Assembly: GCA_964019425.1 (NCBI GenBank)
Contig: OZ025788.1
Coordinates: 1,488,001 to 1,552,000 of the forward strand
Length of the DNA stretch: 64,000 bases
From: Flectonema sp. DT1601
Taxonomy: Eukaryota
Reading direction: 5' to 3'
In this document: positions 1-15,000 of the stretch, one piece after another
How the letters are laid out: the number at the start of each line of letters is the position of its first letter
Numbering within the stretch: the first letter of the stretch is position 1
The notes under the pieces: generated by a model
Databases searched by the model: none
Told to the model about the DNA's origin: nothing
Seen by the model: only the letters and a program-made list of their open reading frames with translations
Translations under genes and position numbers: made by a program

Positions 1-3000
1 GTTACCAACTGCTACTCTGCAATTGTTATCTTCCACGTTAACACAGGAGCAGTTACCAGCTATTCCTACTGCCACAGTGACTCAGCAGCAGATGCCTGTG
101 TTACCAACTGCTACTCTGCAATTGTTATCTTCCACGTTAACACAAGAGCAGTTACCAGCTATTCCTACTGCCACAGTGACTCAGCAGCAGATGCCTGTGT
201 TACCAACTGCTACTCTGCAATTGTTATCTTCCACGTTAACACAGGAGCAGTTACCAGCTATTCCTACTGCCACAGTGACTCAGCAGCAGATGCCTGTGTT
301 ACCAACTGCTACTCTGCAATTGTTATCTTCAACGTTAACACAGGAGCAGTTACCAGTTATTCCTACTGCCACAGTGACTCAGCAGCAGATGCCTGTGTTA
401 CCAACTGCTACTCTGCAATTGTTATCTTCCACGTTAACACAGGAGCAGTTACCAGCTATTCCTACTGCTACAGTAACTCAGCAGCAGATGCCTGTGTTAC
501 CAACTGCTACTCTGCAATTGTTATCTTCCACGTTAACACAAGAGCAGTTACCAGCTATTCCTACTGCCACAGTGACTCAGCAGCAGATGCCTGTGTTACC
601 AACTGCTACTCTGCAATTGTTATCTTCCACGTTAACACAAGAGCAGTTACCAGCTATTCCTACTGCCACGATGACTCAGCAGCAGATGCCTGTGTTACCA
701 ACTGCTACTCTGCAATTGTTATCTTCCACGTTAACACAGGAGCGGTTACCAGTTATTCCTACTGCCACAGTGACTCAGCAGCAGATGCCTGTGTTACCAA
801 CTGCTACTCTGCAATTGTTATCTTCCACGTTAACACAAGAGCAGTTACCAGCTATTCCTACTGCCACAGTGACTCAGCAGCAGATGCCTGTGTTACCAAC
901 TGCTACTCTGCAATTGTTATCTTCCACGTTAACACAGGAGCAGTTACCAGCTATTCCTACTGCCACAGTGACTCAGCAGCAGATGCCTGTGTTACCAACT
1001 GCTACTCTGCAATTGTTATCTTCCACGTTAACACAGGAGCAGTTACCAGCTATTCCTACTGCCACAGTGACTCAGCAGCAGATGCCTGTGTTGCCAACTG
1101 CTACTCTGCAATTGTTATCTTCCACGTTAACACAAGAGCAGTTACCAGCTATTCCTACTGCCACAGTGACTCAGCAGCAGATGCCTGTGTTACCAACTGC
1201 TACTCTGCAATTGTTATCTTCCACGTTAACACAGGAGCAGTTACCAGCTATTCCTACTGCCACAATGACTCAGCAGCAGATTCCTGTGTTACCAACTGCT
1301 ACTCTGCAATTGTTATCTTCCACGTTAACACAGGAGCAGTTACCAGCTATTCCTACTGCCACGATGACTCAGCAGCAGATGCCTGTGTTACCAACTGCTA
1401 CTCTGCAATTGTTATCTTCCACGTTAACACAGGAGCAGTTACCAGCTATTCCTACTGCCACAATGACTCAGCAGCAGATTCCTGTGTTACCAACTGCTAC
1501 TCTGCAATTGTTATCTTCCACGTTAACACAGGAGCAGTTACCAGCTATTCCTACTGCCACGATGACTCAGCAGCAGATGCCTGTGTTACCAACTGCTACT
1601 CTGCAATTGTTATCTTCCACGTTAACACAGGAGCAGTTACCAGCTATTCCTACTGCCACAATGACTCAGCAGCAGATTCCTGTGTTACCAACTGCTACTC
1701 TGCAATTGTTATCTTCCACGTTAACACAGGAGCAGTTACCAGCTATTCCTACTGCCACGATGACTCAGCAGCAGTTGCCTGTGTTACCAACTGCTACTCT
1801 GCAATTGTTATCTTCCACGTTAACACAGGAGCAGTTACCAGCTATTCCTACTGCCACGATGACTCAGCAGCAGTTGCCTGTGTTACCAACTGCTACTCTG
1901 CAATTGTTATCTTCCACGTTAACACAGGAGCAGTTACCATCTATTCCTACTGCTACAATGACTCAGCAGCAGATGCCTGTGTTACCAACTGCTACTCTGC
2001 AATTGTTATCTTCCACGTTAACACAGGAGCAGTTACCAGCTATTCCTACTGCCACAATGACTCAGCAGCAGATGCCTGTGTTGCCAACTGCTACTCTGCA
2101 ATTGTTATCTTCCACGTTAACACAGGAGCAGTTACCAGCTATTCCTACTGCAACAGTGACTCAGCAGCAGATGCCTGTGTTACCAACTGCTACTCTGCAA
2201 TTGTTATCTTCCACGTTAACACAGGAGCAGTTACCAGCTATTCCTACTGCCACAATGACTCAGCAGCAGATTCCTGTGTTACCAACTGCTACTCTGCAAT
2301 TGTTATCTTCCACGTTAACACAGGAGCAGTTACCAGCTATTCCTACTGCAACAGTGACTCAGCAGCAGATGCCTGTGTTACCAACTGCTACTCTGCAATT
2401 GTTATCTTCCACGTTAACACAGGAGCAGTTACCAGCTATTCCTACTGCCACAATGACTCAGCAGCAGATGCCTGTGTTACCAACTGCTACTCTGCAATTG
2501 TTATCTTCCACGTTAACACAGGAGCAGTTACCAGCTATTCCTACTGCCACAATGACTCAGCAGCAGATGCCTGTGTTACCAACTGCTACTCTGCAATTGT
2601 TATCTTCCACGTTAACACAGGAGCAGTTACCATCTATTCCTACTGCTACAATGACTCAGCAGCAGATGCCTGTGTTACCAACTGCTACTCTGCAATTGTT
2701 ATCTTCCACGTTAACACAGGAGCAGTTACCAGCTATTCCTACTGCCACAATGACTCAGCAGCAGATGCCTGTGTTGCCAACTGCTACTCTGCAATTGTTA
2801 TCTTCCACGTTAACACAGGAGCAGTTACCAGCTATTCCTACTGCCACAGTGACTCAGCAGCAGATGCCTGTGTTACCAACCGCTACTCTGCAATTGTTAT
2901 CTTCCACGTTAACACAGGAGCAGTTACCAGCTATTCCTACTGCCACGATGACTCAGCAGCAGATGCCTGTGTTACCAACCGCTACTCTGCAATTGTTATC

Positions 3001-6000
3001 TTCCACGTTAACACAGGAGCAGTTACCAGCTATTCCTACTGCCACAGTGACTCAGCAGCAGATGCCTGTGTTACCAACTGCTACTCTGCAATTGTTATCT
3101 TCCACGTTAACACAGGAGCAGTTACCAGCTATTCCTACTGCCACAGTGACTCAGCAGCAGATGCCTGTGTTACCAACTGGTACTCTGCAATTGTTATCTT
3201 CCACGTTAACACAGGAGCAGTTACCAGCTATTCCTACTGCCACAGTGACTCAGCAGCAGATGCCTGTGTTACCAACTGCTACTCTGCAATTGTTATCTTC
3301 CACGTTAACACAGGAGCAGTTACCAGCTATTCCTACTGCCACAGTGACTCAGCAGCAGTTGCCTGTGTTAGCAACTGCTACTCTGCAATTGTTATCTTCC
3401 ACGTTAACACAGGAGCAGTTACCAGCTATTCCTACTGCCACAGTGACTCAGCAGCAGTTGCCTGTGTTACCAACTGCTACTCTGCAATTGTTATCTTCCA
3501 CGTTAACACAGGAGCAGTTACCAGCTATTCCTACTGCTACAATGACTCAGCAGCAGATGCCTGTGTTACCAACTGCTACTCTGCAATTGTTATCTTCCAC
3601 GTTAACACAGGAGCAGTTACCAGCTATTCCTACTGCCACAATGACTCAGCAGCAGATGCCTGTGTTACCAACTGCTACTCTGCAATTGTTATCTTCCACG
3701 TTAACACAGGAGCAGTTACCATCTATTCCTACTGCTACAATGACTCAGCAGCAGATGCCTGTGTTACCAACTGCTACTCTGCAATTGTTATCTTCCACGT
3801 TAACACAGGAGCAGTTACCAGCTATTCCTACTGCCACAGTGACTCAGCAGCAGATGCCTGTGTTACCAACTGCTACTCTGCAATTGTTATCTTCCACGTT
3901 AACACAGGAGCAGTTACCAGCTATTCCTACTGCCACAGTGACTCAGCAGCAGATGCCTGTGTTACCAACTGGTACTCTGCAATTGTTATCTTCCACGTTA
4001 ACACAGGAGCAGTTACCAGCTATTCCTACTGCCACAGTGACTCAGCAGCAGATGCCTGTGTTACCAACTGCTACTCTGCAATTGTTATCTTCCACGTTAA
4101 CACAGGAGCAGTTACCAGCTATTCCTACTGCCACAATGACTCAGCAGCAGATGCCTGTGTTACCAACTGCTACTCTGCAATTGTTATCTTCCACGTTAAC
4201 ACAGGAGCAGTTACCAGCTATTCCTACTGCCACAGTGACTCAGCAGCAGATGCCTGTGTTACCAACTGCTACTCTGCAATTGTTATCTTCCACGTTAACA
4301 CAGGAGCAGTTACCAGCTATTCCTACTGCCACAATGACTCAGCAGCAGATGCCTGTGTTACCAACTGCTACTCTGCAATTGTTATCTTCCACGTTAACAC
4401 AGGAGCAGTTACCAGCTATTCCTACTGCCACAGTGACTCAGCAGCAGTTGCCTGTGTTACCAACCGCTACTCTGCAATTGTTATCTTCCACGTTAACACA
4501 GGAGCAGTTACCAGCTATTCCTACTGCCACAGTGACTCAGCAGCAGATGCCTGTGTTACCAACTGCTACTCTGCAATTGTTATCTTCCACGTTAACACAG
4601 GAGCAGTTACCAGCTATTCCTACTGCCACAGTGACTCAGCAGCAGATGCCTGTGTTACCAACTGCTACTCTGCAATTGTTATCTTCCACGTTAACACAGG
4701 AGCAGTTACCAGCTATTCCTACTGCCACAGTGACTCAGCAGCAGATGCCTGTGTTACCAACTGCTACTCTGCAATTGTTATCTTCCACGTTAACACAGGA
4801 GCAGTTACCAGCTATTCCTACTGCCACAATGACTCAGCAGCAGATGCCTGTGTTACCAACTGCTACTCTGCAATTGTTATCTTCCACGTTAACACAAGAT
4901 CAGTTACCAGCTATTCCTACTGCCACAATGACTCAGCAGCAGATGCCAGTGTTACCAACTGCTACTCTGCAATTGTCATCTTCCACGTTAACACAGGAGC
5001 AGTTACCAGCTATTCCTACTGCCACAATGACTCAGCAGCAGATGCCAGTGTTACCAACTGCTACTCTGCAATTGTTATCTTCCACGTTAACACAGGAGCA
5101 GTTACCAGCTATTCCTACTGCCACAGTGACTCAGCAGCAGATGCCTGTGTTACCAACTGCTACTCTGCAATTGTTATCTTCCACGTTAACACAGGCGCAG
5201 TTACCAGCTATTCCTACTGCCACAGTGACTCAGCAGCAGATGCCTGTGTTACCAACTGCTACTCTGCAATTGTTATCTTCCACGTTAACACAGGAGCAGT
5301 TACCAGCTATTCCTACTGCCACAGTGACTCAGCAGCAGATGCCTGTGTTACCAACTGCTACTCTGCAATTGTTATCTTCCACGTTAACACAGGCGCAGTT
5401 ACCAGCTATTCCTACTGCCACAGTGACTCAGCAGCAGTTGCCTGTGTTACCAACTGCTACTCTGCAATTGTTATCTTCCACGTTAACACAGGAGCAGTTA
5501 CCAGCTATTCCTACTGCCACAGTGACTCAGCAGCAGATGCCTGTGTTACCAACTGCTACTCTGCAATTGTTATCTTCCACGTTAACACAGGAGCAGTTAC
5601 CAGCTATTCCTACTGCCACAATGACTCAGCAGCAGATGCCTGTGTTACCAACTGCTACTCTGCAATTGTTATCTTCAACGTTAACACAGGAGCAGTTCCC
5701 AGCTATTCCTACTGCCACAGTGACTCAGCAGCAGTTGCCTGTGTTACCAACTGCTACTCTGCAATTGTTATCTTCCACGTTAACACAGGAGCAGTTACCA
5801 GCTATTCCTACTGCCACAATGACTCAGCAGCAGATGCCTGTGTTACCAACTGCTACTCTGCAATTGTTATCTTCCACGTTAACACAGGAGCAGTTACCAG
5901 CTATTCCTACTGCCACAGTGACTCAGCAGCAGTTGCCTGTGTTACCAACTGCTACTCTGCAATTGTTATCTTCCACGTTAACACAGGAGCAGTTACCAGC

Positions 6001-9000
6001 TATTCCTACTGCCACAGTGACTCAGCAGCAGTTGCCTGTGTTGCCAACTGCTACTCTGCAATTGTTATCTTCCACGTTAACACAGGAGCAGTTACCAGCT
6101 ATTCCTACTGCCACAATGACTCAGCAGCAGATGCCTGTGTTACCAACTGCTACTCTGCAATTGTTATCTTCCACGTTAACACAGGAGCAGTTACCAGCTA
6201 TTCCTACTGCCACAGTGACTCAGCAGCAGATGCCTGTGTTTCCAACTGCTACTCTGCAATTGTTATCTTCCACGTTAACACAGGAGCAGTTACCAGCTAT
6301 TCCTACTGCAACAGTGACTCAGCAGCAGATGCCTTTGTTACCAACTGCTACTCTGCAATTGTTATCTTCCACGTTAACACAGGAGCAGTTACCAGCTATT
6401 CCTACTGCCACAGTGACTCAGCAGCAGATGCCTGTGTTTCCAACTGCTACTCTGCAATTGTTATCTTCCACGTTAACACAGGAGCAGTTACCAGCTATTC
6501 CTACTGCCACAGTGACTCAGCAGCAGATGCCTGTGTTACCAACTGCTACTCTGCAATTGTTATCTTCCACGTTAACACAGGAGCAGTTACCAGCTATTCC
6601 TACTGCTACAGTGACTCAGCAGCAGATGCCTGTGTTACCAACTGCTACTCTGCAATTGTTATCTTCCACGTTAACACAGGAGCAGTTACCAGCTATTCCT
6701 ACTGCCACAGTGACTCAGCAGCAGATGCCTGTGTTACCAACTGCTACTCTGCAATTGTTATCTTCCACGTTAACACAAGAGCAGTTACCAGCTATTCCTA
6801 CTGCCACAGTGACTCAGCAGCAGATGCCTGTGTTACCAACTGCTACTCTGCAATTGTTATCTTCCACGTTAACACAGGAGCAGTTACCAGCTATTCCTAC
6901 TGCCACGATGACTCAGCAGCAGATGCCTGTGTTACCAACTGCTACTCTGCAATTGTTATCTTCCACGTTAACACAAGAGCAGTTACCAGCTATTCCTACT
7001 GCCACAGTGACTCAGCAGCAGATGCCTGTGTTACCAACTGCTACTCTGCAATTGTTATCTTCCACGTTAACACAGGAGCAGTTACCAGCTATTCCTACTG
7101 CCACGATGACTCAGCAGCAGTTGCCTGTGTTACCAACTGCTACTCTGCAATTGTTATCTTCCACGTTAACACAAGAGCAGTTACCAGCTATTCCTACTGC
7201 CACGATGACTCAGCAGCAGTTGCCTGTGTTACCAACTGCTACTCTGCAATTGTTATCTTCCACGTTAACACAGGAGCAGTTACCAGCTATTCCTACTGCT
7301 ACAGTGACTCAGCAGCAGATGCCTGTGTTACCAACTGCTACTCTGCAATTGTTATCTTCCACGTTAACACAGGAGCAGTTACCAGCTATTCCTACTGCCA
7401 CAGTGACTCAGCAGCAGATGCCTGTGTTACCAACTGCTACTCTGCAATTGTTATCTTCCACGTTAACACAGGAGCAGTTACCAGCTATTCCTACTGCAAC
7501 AGTGACTCAGCAGCAGATGCCTGTGTTACCAACTGCTACTCTGCAATTGTTATCTTCCACGTTAACACAGGAGCAGTTACCAGCTATTCCTACTGCTACA
7601 GTGACTCAGCAGCAGATGCCTGTGTTACCAACTGCTACTCTGCAATTGTTATCTTCCACGTTAACACAGGAGCAGTTACCAGCTATTCCTACTGCCACGA
7701 TGACTCAGCAGCAGTTGCCTGTGTTACCAACTGCTACTCTGCAATTGTTATCTTCCACGTTAACACAAGAGCAGTTACCAGCTATTCCTACTGCCACAGT
7801 GACTCAGCAGCAGATGCCTGTGTTACCAACTGCTACTCTGCAATTGTTATCTTCCACGTTAACACAAGAGCAGTTACCAGCTATTCCTACTGCCACAGTG
7901 ACTCAGCAGCAGATGCCTGTGTTACCAACTGCTACTCTGCAATTGTTATCTTCCACGTTAACACAGGAGCAGTTACCAGCTATTCCTACTGCCACAGTGA
8001 CTCAGCAGCAGTTGCCTGTGTTAGCAACTGCTACTCTGCAATTGTTATCTTCCACGTTAACACAGGAGCAGTTACCAGCTATTCCTACTGCCACAGTGAC
8101 TCAGCAGCAGTTGCCTGTGTTACCAACTGCTACTCTGCAATTGTTATCTTCCACGTTAACACAGGAGCAGTTACCAGCTATTCCTACTGCTACAGTGACT
8201 CAGCAGCAGATGCCTGTGTTACCAACTGCTACTCTGCAATTGTTATCTTCCACGTTAACACAGGAGCAGTTACCAGCTATTCCTACTGCAACAGTGACTC
8301 AGCAGCAGATGCCTGTGTTAGCAACTGCTACTCTGCAATTGTTATCTTCCACGTTAACACAGGAGCAGTTACCAGCTATTCCTACTGCCACAGTGACTCA
8401 GCAGCAGTTGCCTGTGTTACCAACTGCTACTCTGCAATTGTTATCTTCCACGTTAACACAGGAGCAGTTACCAGCTATTCCTACTGCTACAGTGACTCAG
8501 CAGCAGATGCCTGTGTTACCAACTGCTACTCTGCAATTGTTATCTTCCACGTTAACACAGGAGCAGTTACCAGCTATTCCTACTGCCACGATGACTCAGC
8601 AGCAGATGCCTGTGTTACCAACTGCTACTCTTCAATTGTCATCTTCCACGTTAACACAGGAGCAGTTACCAGCTATTCCTACTGCCACAGTGACTCAGCA
8701 GCAGTTGCCTGTGTTACCAACTGCTACTCTGCAATTGTTATCTTCCACGTTAACACAGGAGCAGTTACCAGCTATTCCTACTGCCACAGTGACTCAGCAG
8801 CAGTTGCCTGTGTTACCAACTGCTACTCTGCAATTGTTATCTTCCACGTTAACACAGGAGCAGTTACCAGCTATTCCTACTGCAACAGTGACTCAGCAGC
8901 AGATGCCTGTGTTACCAACTGCTACTCTGCAATTGTTATCTTCCACGTTAACACAGGAGCAGTTACCAGCTATTCCTACTGCCACAATGACTCAGCAGCA

Positions 9001-12000
9001 GATGCCTGTGTTACCAACTGCTACTCTTCAATTGTCATCTTCCACGTTAACACAGGAGCAGTTACCAGCTATTCCTACTGCCACAGTGACTCAGCAGCAG
9101 TTGCCTGTGTTACCAACTGCTACTCTGCAATTGTTATCTTCCACGTTAACACAGGAGCAGTTACCAGCTATTCCTACTGCAACAGTGACTCAGCAGCAGA
9201 TGCCTGTGTTACCAACTGCTACTCTGCAATTGTTATCTTCCACGTTAACACAGGAGCAGTTACCAGCTATTCCTACTGCAACAGTGACTCAGCAGCAGAT
9301 GCCTGTGTTACCAACTGCTACTCTGCAATTGTTATCTTCCACGTTAACACAGGAGCAGTTACCAGCTATTCCTACTGCCACGATGACTCAGCAGCAGATG
9401 CCTGTGTTACCAACTGCTACTCTTCAATTGTCATCTTCCACGTTAACACAGGAGCAGTTACCAGCTATTCCTACTGCCACAGTGACTCAGCAGCAGTTGC
9501 CTGTGTTACCAACTGCTACTCTGCAATTGTTATCTTCCACGTTAACACAGGAGCAGTTACCAGCTATTCCTACTGCAACAGTGACTCAGCAGCAGATGCC
9601 TGTGTTACCAACTGCTACTCTGCAATTGTTATCTTCCACGTTAACACAGGAGCAGTTACCAGCTATTCCTACTGCCACAATGACTCAGCAGCAGATGCCT
9701 GTGTTACCAACTGCTACTCTTCAATTGTCATCTTCCACGTTAACACAGGAGCAGTTACCAGCTATTCCTACTGCCACAGTGACTCAGCAGCAGTTGCCTG
9801 TGTTACCAACTGCTACTCTGCAATTGTTATCTTCCACGTTAACACAGGAGCAGTTACCAGCTATTCCTACTGCAACAGTGACTCAGCAGCAGATGCCTGT
9901 GTTACCAACTGCTACTCTGCAATTGTTATCTTCCACGTTAACACAGGAGCAGTTACCAGCTATTCCTACTGCAACAGTGACTCAGCAGCAGATGCCTGTG
10001 TTACCAACTGCTACTCTGCAATTGTTATCTTCCACGTTAACACAGGAGCAGTTACCAGCTATTCCTACTGCCACAATGACTCAGCAGCAGATGCCTGTGT
10101 TACCAACTGCTACTCTGCAATTGTTATCTTCCACGTTAACACAGGAGCAGTTACCAGCTATTCCTACTGCCACGATGACTCAGCAGCAGATGCCTGTGTT
10201 ACCAACTGCTACTCTGCAATTGTTATCTTCCACGTTAACACAAGAGCAGTTACCAGCTATTCCTACTGCCACGATGACTCAGCAGCAGATGCCTGTGTTA
10301 CCAACTGCTACTCTGCAATTGTTATCTTCCACGTTAACACAGGAGCAGTTACCAGCTATTCCTACTGCCACAATGACTCAGCAGCAGATGCCTGTGTTAC
10401 CAACTGCTACTCTGCAATTGTTATCTTCCACGTTAACACAGGAGCAGTTACCAGCTATTCCTACTGCCACAGTGACTCAGCAGCAGATGCCTGTGTTACC
10501 AACTGCTACTCTGCAATTGTTATCTTCCACGTTAACACAGGAGCAGTTACCAGCTATTCCTACTGCCACGATGACTCAGCAGCAGATGCCTGTGTTACCA
10601 ACTACTACTCTGCAATTGTTATCTTCCACATTAACACAGGAGCAGTTACCAGCTATTCCTACTGCCACAATGACTCAGCAGCAGTTGCCTGTGTTGCCAA
10701 CTGCTACTCTGCAATTGTTATCTTCCACGTTAACACAGGAGCAGTTACCAGCTATTCCTACTGCCACAATGACTCAGCAGCAGATGCCTGTGTTACCAAC
10801 TGCTACTCTGCAATTGTTATCTTCCACGTTAACACAGGAGCAGTTACCAGCTATTCCTACTGCCACAGTGACTCAGCAGCAGTTGCCTGTGTTACCAACT
10901 GCTACTCTGCAATTGTTATCTTCCACGTTAACACAGGAGCAGTTACCAGCTATTCCTACTGCCACAGTGACTCAGCAGCAGATGCCTGTGTTACCAACTG
11001 CTACTCTGCAATTGTTATCTTCCACGTTAACACAGGAGCAGTTACCAGCTATTCCTACTGCCACGATGACTCAGCAGCAGATGCCTGTGTTACCAACTAC
11101 TACTCTGCAATTGTTATCTTCCACATTAACACAGGAGCAGTTACCAGCTATTCCTACTGCCACAATGACTCAGCAGCAGTTGCCTGTGTTGCCAACTGCT
11201 ACTCTGCAATTGTTATCTTCCACGTTAACACAGGAGCAGTTACCAGCTATTCCTACTGCCACAATGACTCAGCAGCAGATGCCTGTGTTACCAACTGCTA
11301 CTCTGCAATTGTTATCTTCCACGTTAACACAGGAGCAGTTACCAGCTATTCCTACTGCCACAGTGACTCAGCAGCAGATGCCTGTGTTACCAACTGCTAC
11401 TCTGCAATTGTTATCTTCCACGTTAACACAGGAGCAGTTACCAGCTATTCCTACTGCCACGATGACTCAGCAGCAGATGCCTGTGTTACCAACTACTACT
11501 CTGCAATTGTTATCTTCCACATTAACACAGGAGCAGTTACCAGCTATTCCTACTGCCACAATGACTCAGCAGCAGATGCCTGTGTTACCAACTACTACTC
11601 TGCAATTGTTATCTTCCACATTAACACAGGAGCAGTTACCAGCTATTCCTACTGCCACAATGACTCAGCAGCAGTTGCCTGTGTTGCCAACTGCTACTCT
11701 GCAATTGTTATCTTCCACGTTAACACAGGAGCAGTTACCAGCTATTCCTACTGCCACAATGACTCAGCAGCAGATGCCTGTGTTACCAACTGCTACTCTG
11801 CAATTGTTATCTTCCACGTTAACACAGGAGCAGTTACCAGCTATTCCTACTGCCACGATGACTCAGCAGCAGATGCCTGTGTTACCAACTACTACTCTGC
11901 AATTGTTATCTTCCACATTAACACAGGAGCAGTTACCAGCTATTCCTACTGCCACAATGACTCAGCAGCAGTTGCCTGTGTTGCCAACTGCTACTCTGCA

Positions 12001-15000
12001 ATTGTTATCTTCCACGTTAACACAGGAGCAGTTACCAGCTATTCCTACTGCCACAATGACTCAGCAGCAGATGCCTGTGTTACCAACTGCTACTCTGCAA
12101 TTGTTATCTTCCACGTTAACACAGGAGCAGTTACCAGCTATTCCTACTGCCACAGTGACTCAGCAGCAGTTGCCTGTGTTACCAACTGCTACTCTGCAAT
12201 TGTTATCTTCCACGTTAACACAGGAGCAGTTACCAGCTATTCCTACTGCCACGATGACTCAGCAGCAGATGCCTGTGTTACCAACTACTACTCTGCAATT
12301 GTTATCTTCCACATTAACACAGGAGCAGTTACCAGCTATTCCTACTGCCACAATGACTCAGCAGCAGTTGCCTGTGTTGCCAACTGCTACTCTTCAATTG
12401 TCATCTTCCACGTTAACACAGGAGCAGTTACCAGCTATTCCTACTGCCACAATGACTCAGCAGCAGTTGCCTGTGTTGCCAACTGCTACTCTGCAATTGT
12501 TATCTTCCACGTTAACACAGGAGCAGTTACCAGCTATTCCTACTGCCACAATGACTCAGCAGCAGATGCCTGTGTTACCAACTGCTACTCTGCAATTGTT
12601 ATCTTCCACGTTAACACAGGAGCAGTTACCAGCTATTCCTACTGCCACAGTGACTCAGCAGCAGATGCCTGTGTTACCAACTGCTACTCTGCAATTGTTA
12701 TCTTCCACGTTAACACAGGAGCAGTTACCAGCTATTCCTACTGCTACAGTGACTCAGCAGCAGATGCCTGTGTTACCAACTGCTACTCTGCAATTGTTAT
12801 CTTCCACGTTAACACAGGAGCAGTTACCAGCTATTCCTACTGCCACAATGACTCAGCAGCAGTTGCCTGTGTTACCAACTGCTACTCTGCAATTGTTATC
12901 TTCCACGTTAACACAGGAGCAGTTACCAGCTATTCCTACTGCCACAGTGACTCAGCAGCAGTTGCCTGTGTTACCAACTGCTACTCTGCAATTGTTATCT
13001 TCCACCTTAACACAGGAGCAGTTACCAGCTATTCCTACTGCCACAATGACTCAGCAGCAGATGCCTGTGTTACCAACTGCTACTCTGCAATTGTTATCTT
13101 CCACGTTAACACAGGAGCAGTTACCAGCTATTCCTACTGCCACAGTGACTCAGCAGCAGTTGCCTGTGTTACCAACTGCTACTCTGCAATTGTTATCTTC
13201 CACGTTAACACAGGAGCAGTTACCAGCTATTCCTACTGCTACAGTGACTCAGCAGCAGATGCCTGTGTTACCAACTGCTACTCTGCAATTGTTATCTTCC
13301 ACGTTAACACAGGAGCAGTTACCAGCTATTCCTACTGCCACAGTGACTCAGCAGCAGTTGCCTGTGTTACCAACTGCTACTCTGCAATTGTTATCTTCCA
13401 CGTTAACACAGGAGCAGTTACCAGCTATTCCTACTGCCACGATGACTCAGCAGCAGATGCCTGTGTTACCAACTACTACTCTGCAATTGTTATCTTCCAC
13501 ATTAACACAGGAGCAGTTACCAGCTATTCCTACTGCCACAATGACTCAGCAGCAGATGCCTGTGTTACCAACTGCTACTCTGCAATTGTTATCTTCCACG
13601 TTAACACAGGAGCAGTTACCAGCTATTCCTACTGCCACAGTGACTCAGCAGCAGTTGCCTGTGTTACCAACTGCTACTCTGCAATTGTTATCTTCCACGT
13701 TAACACAGGAGCAGTTACCAGCTATTCCTACTACCACGATGACTCAGCAGCAGATGCCTGTGTTACCAACTGCTACTCTGCAATTGTTATCTTCCACGTT
13801 AACACAGGAGCAGTTACCAGCTATTCCTACTGCCACAATGACTCAGCAGCAGATGCCTGTGTTACCAACTGCTACTCTGCAATTGTTATCTTCCACGTTA
13901 ACACAGGAGCAGTTACCAGCTATTCCTACTGCCACGATGACTCAGCAGCAGATGCCTGTGTTACCAACTACTACTCTGCAATTGTTATCTTCCACATTAA
14001 CACAGGAGCAGTTACCAGCTATTCCTACTGCCACAATGACTCAGCAGCAGATGCCTGTGTTACCAACTGCTACTCTGCAATTGTTATCTTCCACGTTAAC
14101 ACAGGAGCAGTTACCAGCTATTCCTACTGCCACAGTGACTCAGCAGCAGATGCCTGTGTTACCAACTGCTACTCTGCAATTGTTATCTTCCACGTTAACA
14201 CAGGAGCAGTTACCAGCTATTCCTACTGCCACAATGACTCAGCAGCAGATGCCTGTGTTACCAACTGCTACTCTGCAATTGTTATCTTCCACGTTAACAC
14301 AGGAGCAGTTACCAGCTATTCCTACTGCCACAGTGACTCAGCAGCAGTTGCCTGTGTTACCAACTGCTACTCTGCAATTGTTATCTTCCACGTTAACACA
14401 GGAGCAGTTACCAGCTATTCCTACTGCCACGATGACTCAGCAGCAGATGCCTGAGTTACCAACTGCTACTCTGCAATTGTTATCTTCCACGTTAACACAG
14501 GAGCAGTTACCAGCTATTCCTACTGCCACAATGACTCAGCAGCAGATGCCTGTGTTACCAACTGCTACTCTGCAATTGTTATCTTCCACGTTAACACAGG
14601 AGCAGTTACCAGCTATTCCTACTGCCACAGTGACTCAGCAGCAGATGCCTGTGTTACCAACTGCTACTCTGCAATTGTTATCTTCCACGTTAACACAGGA
14701 GCAGTTACCAGCTATTCCTACTGCCACGATGACTCAGCAGCAGATGCCTGTGTTACCAACTGCTACTCTGCAATTGTTATCTTCCACGTTAACACAGGAG
14801 CAGTTACCAGCTATTCCTACTGCCACAGTGACTCAGCAGCAGTTGCCTGTGTTACCAACTGCTACTCTGCAATTGTTATCTTCCACGTTAACACAGGAGC
14901 AGTTCCCAGCTATTCCTACTGCCACAGTGACTCAGCAGCAGTTGCCTGTGTTACCAACTGCTACTCTGCAATTGTTATCTTCCACGTTAACACAGGAGCA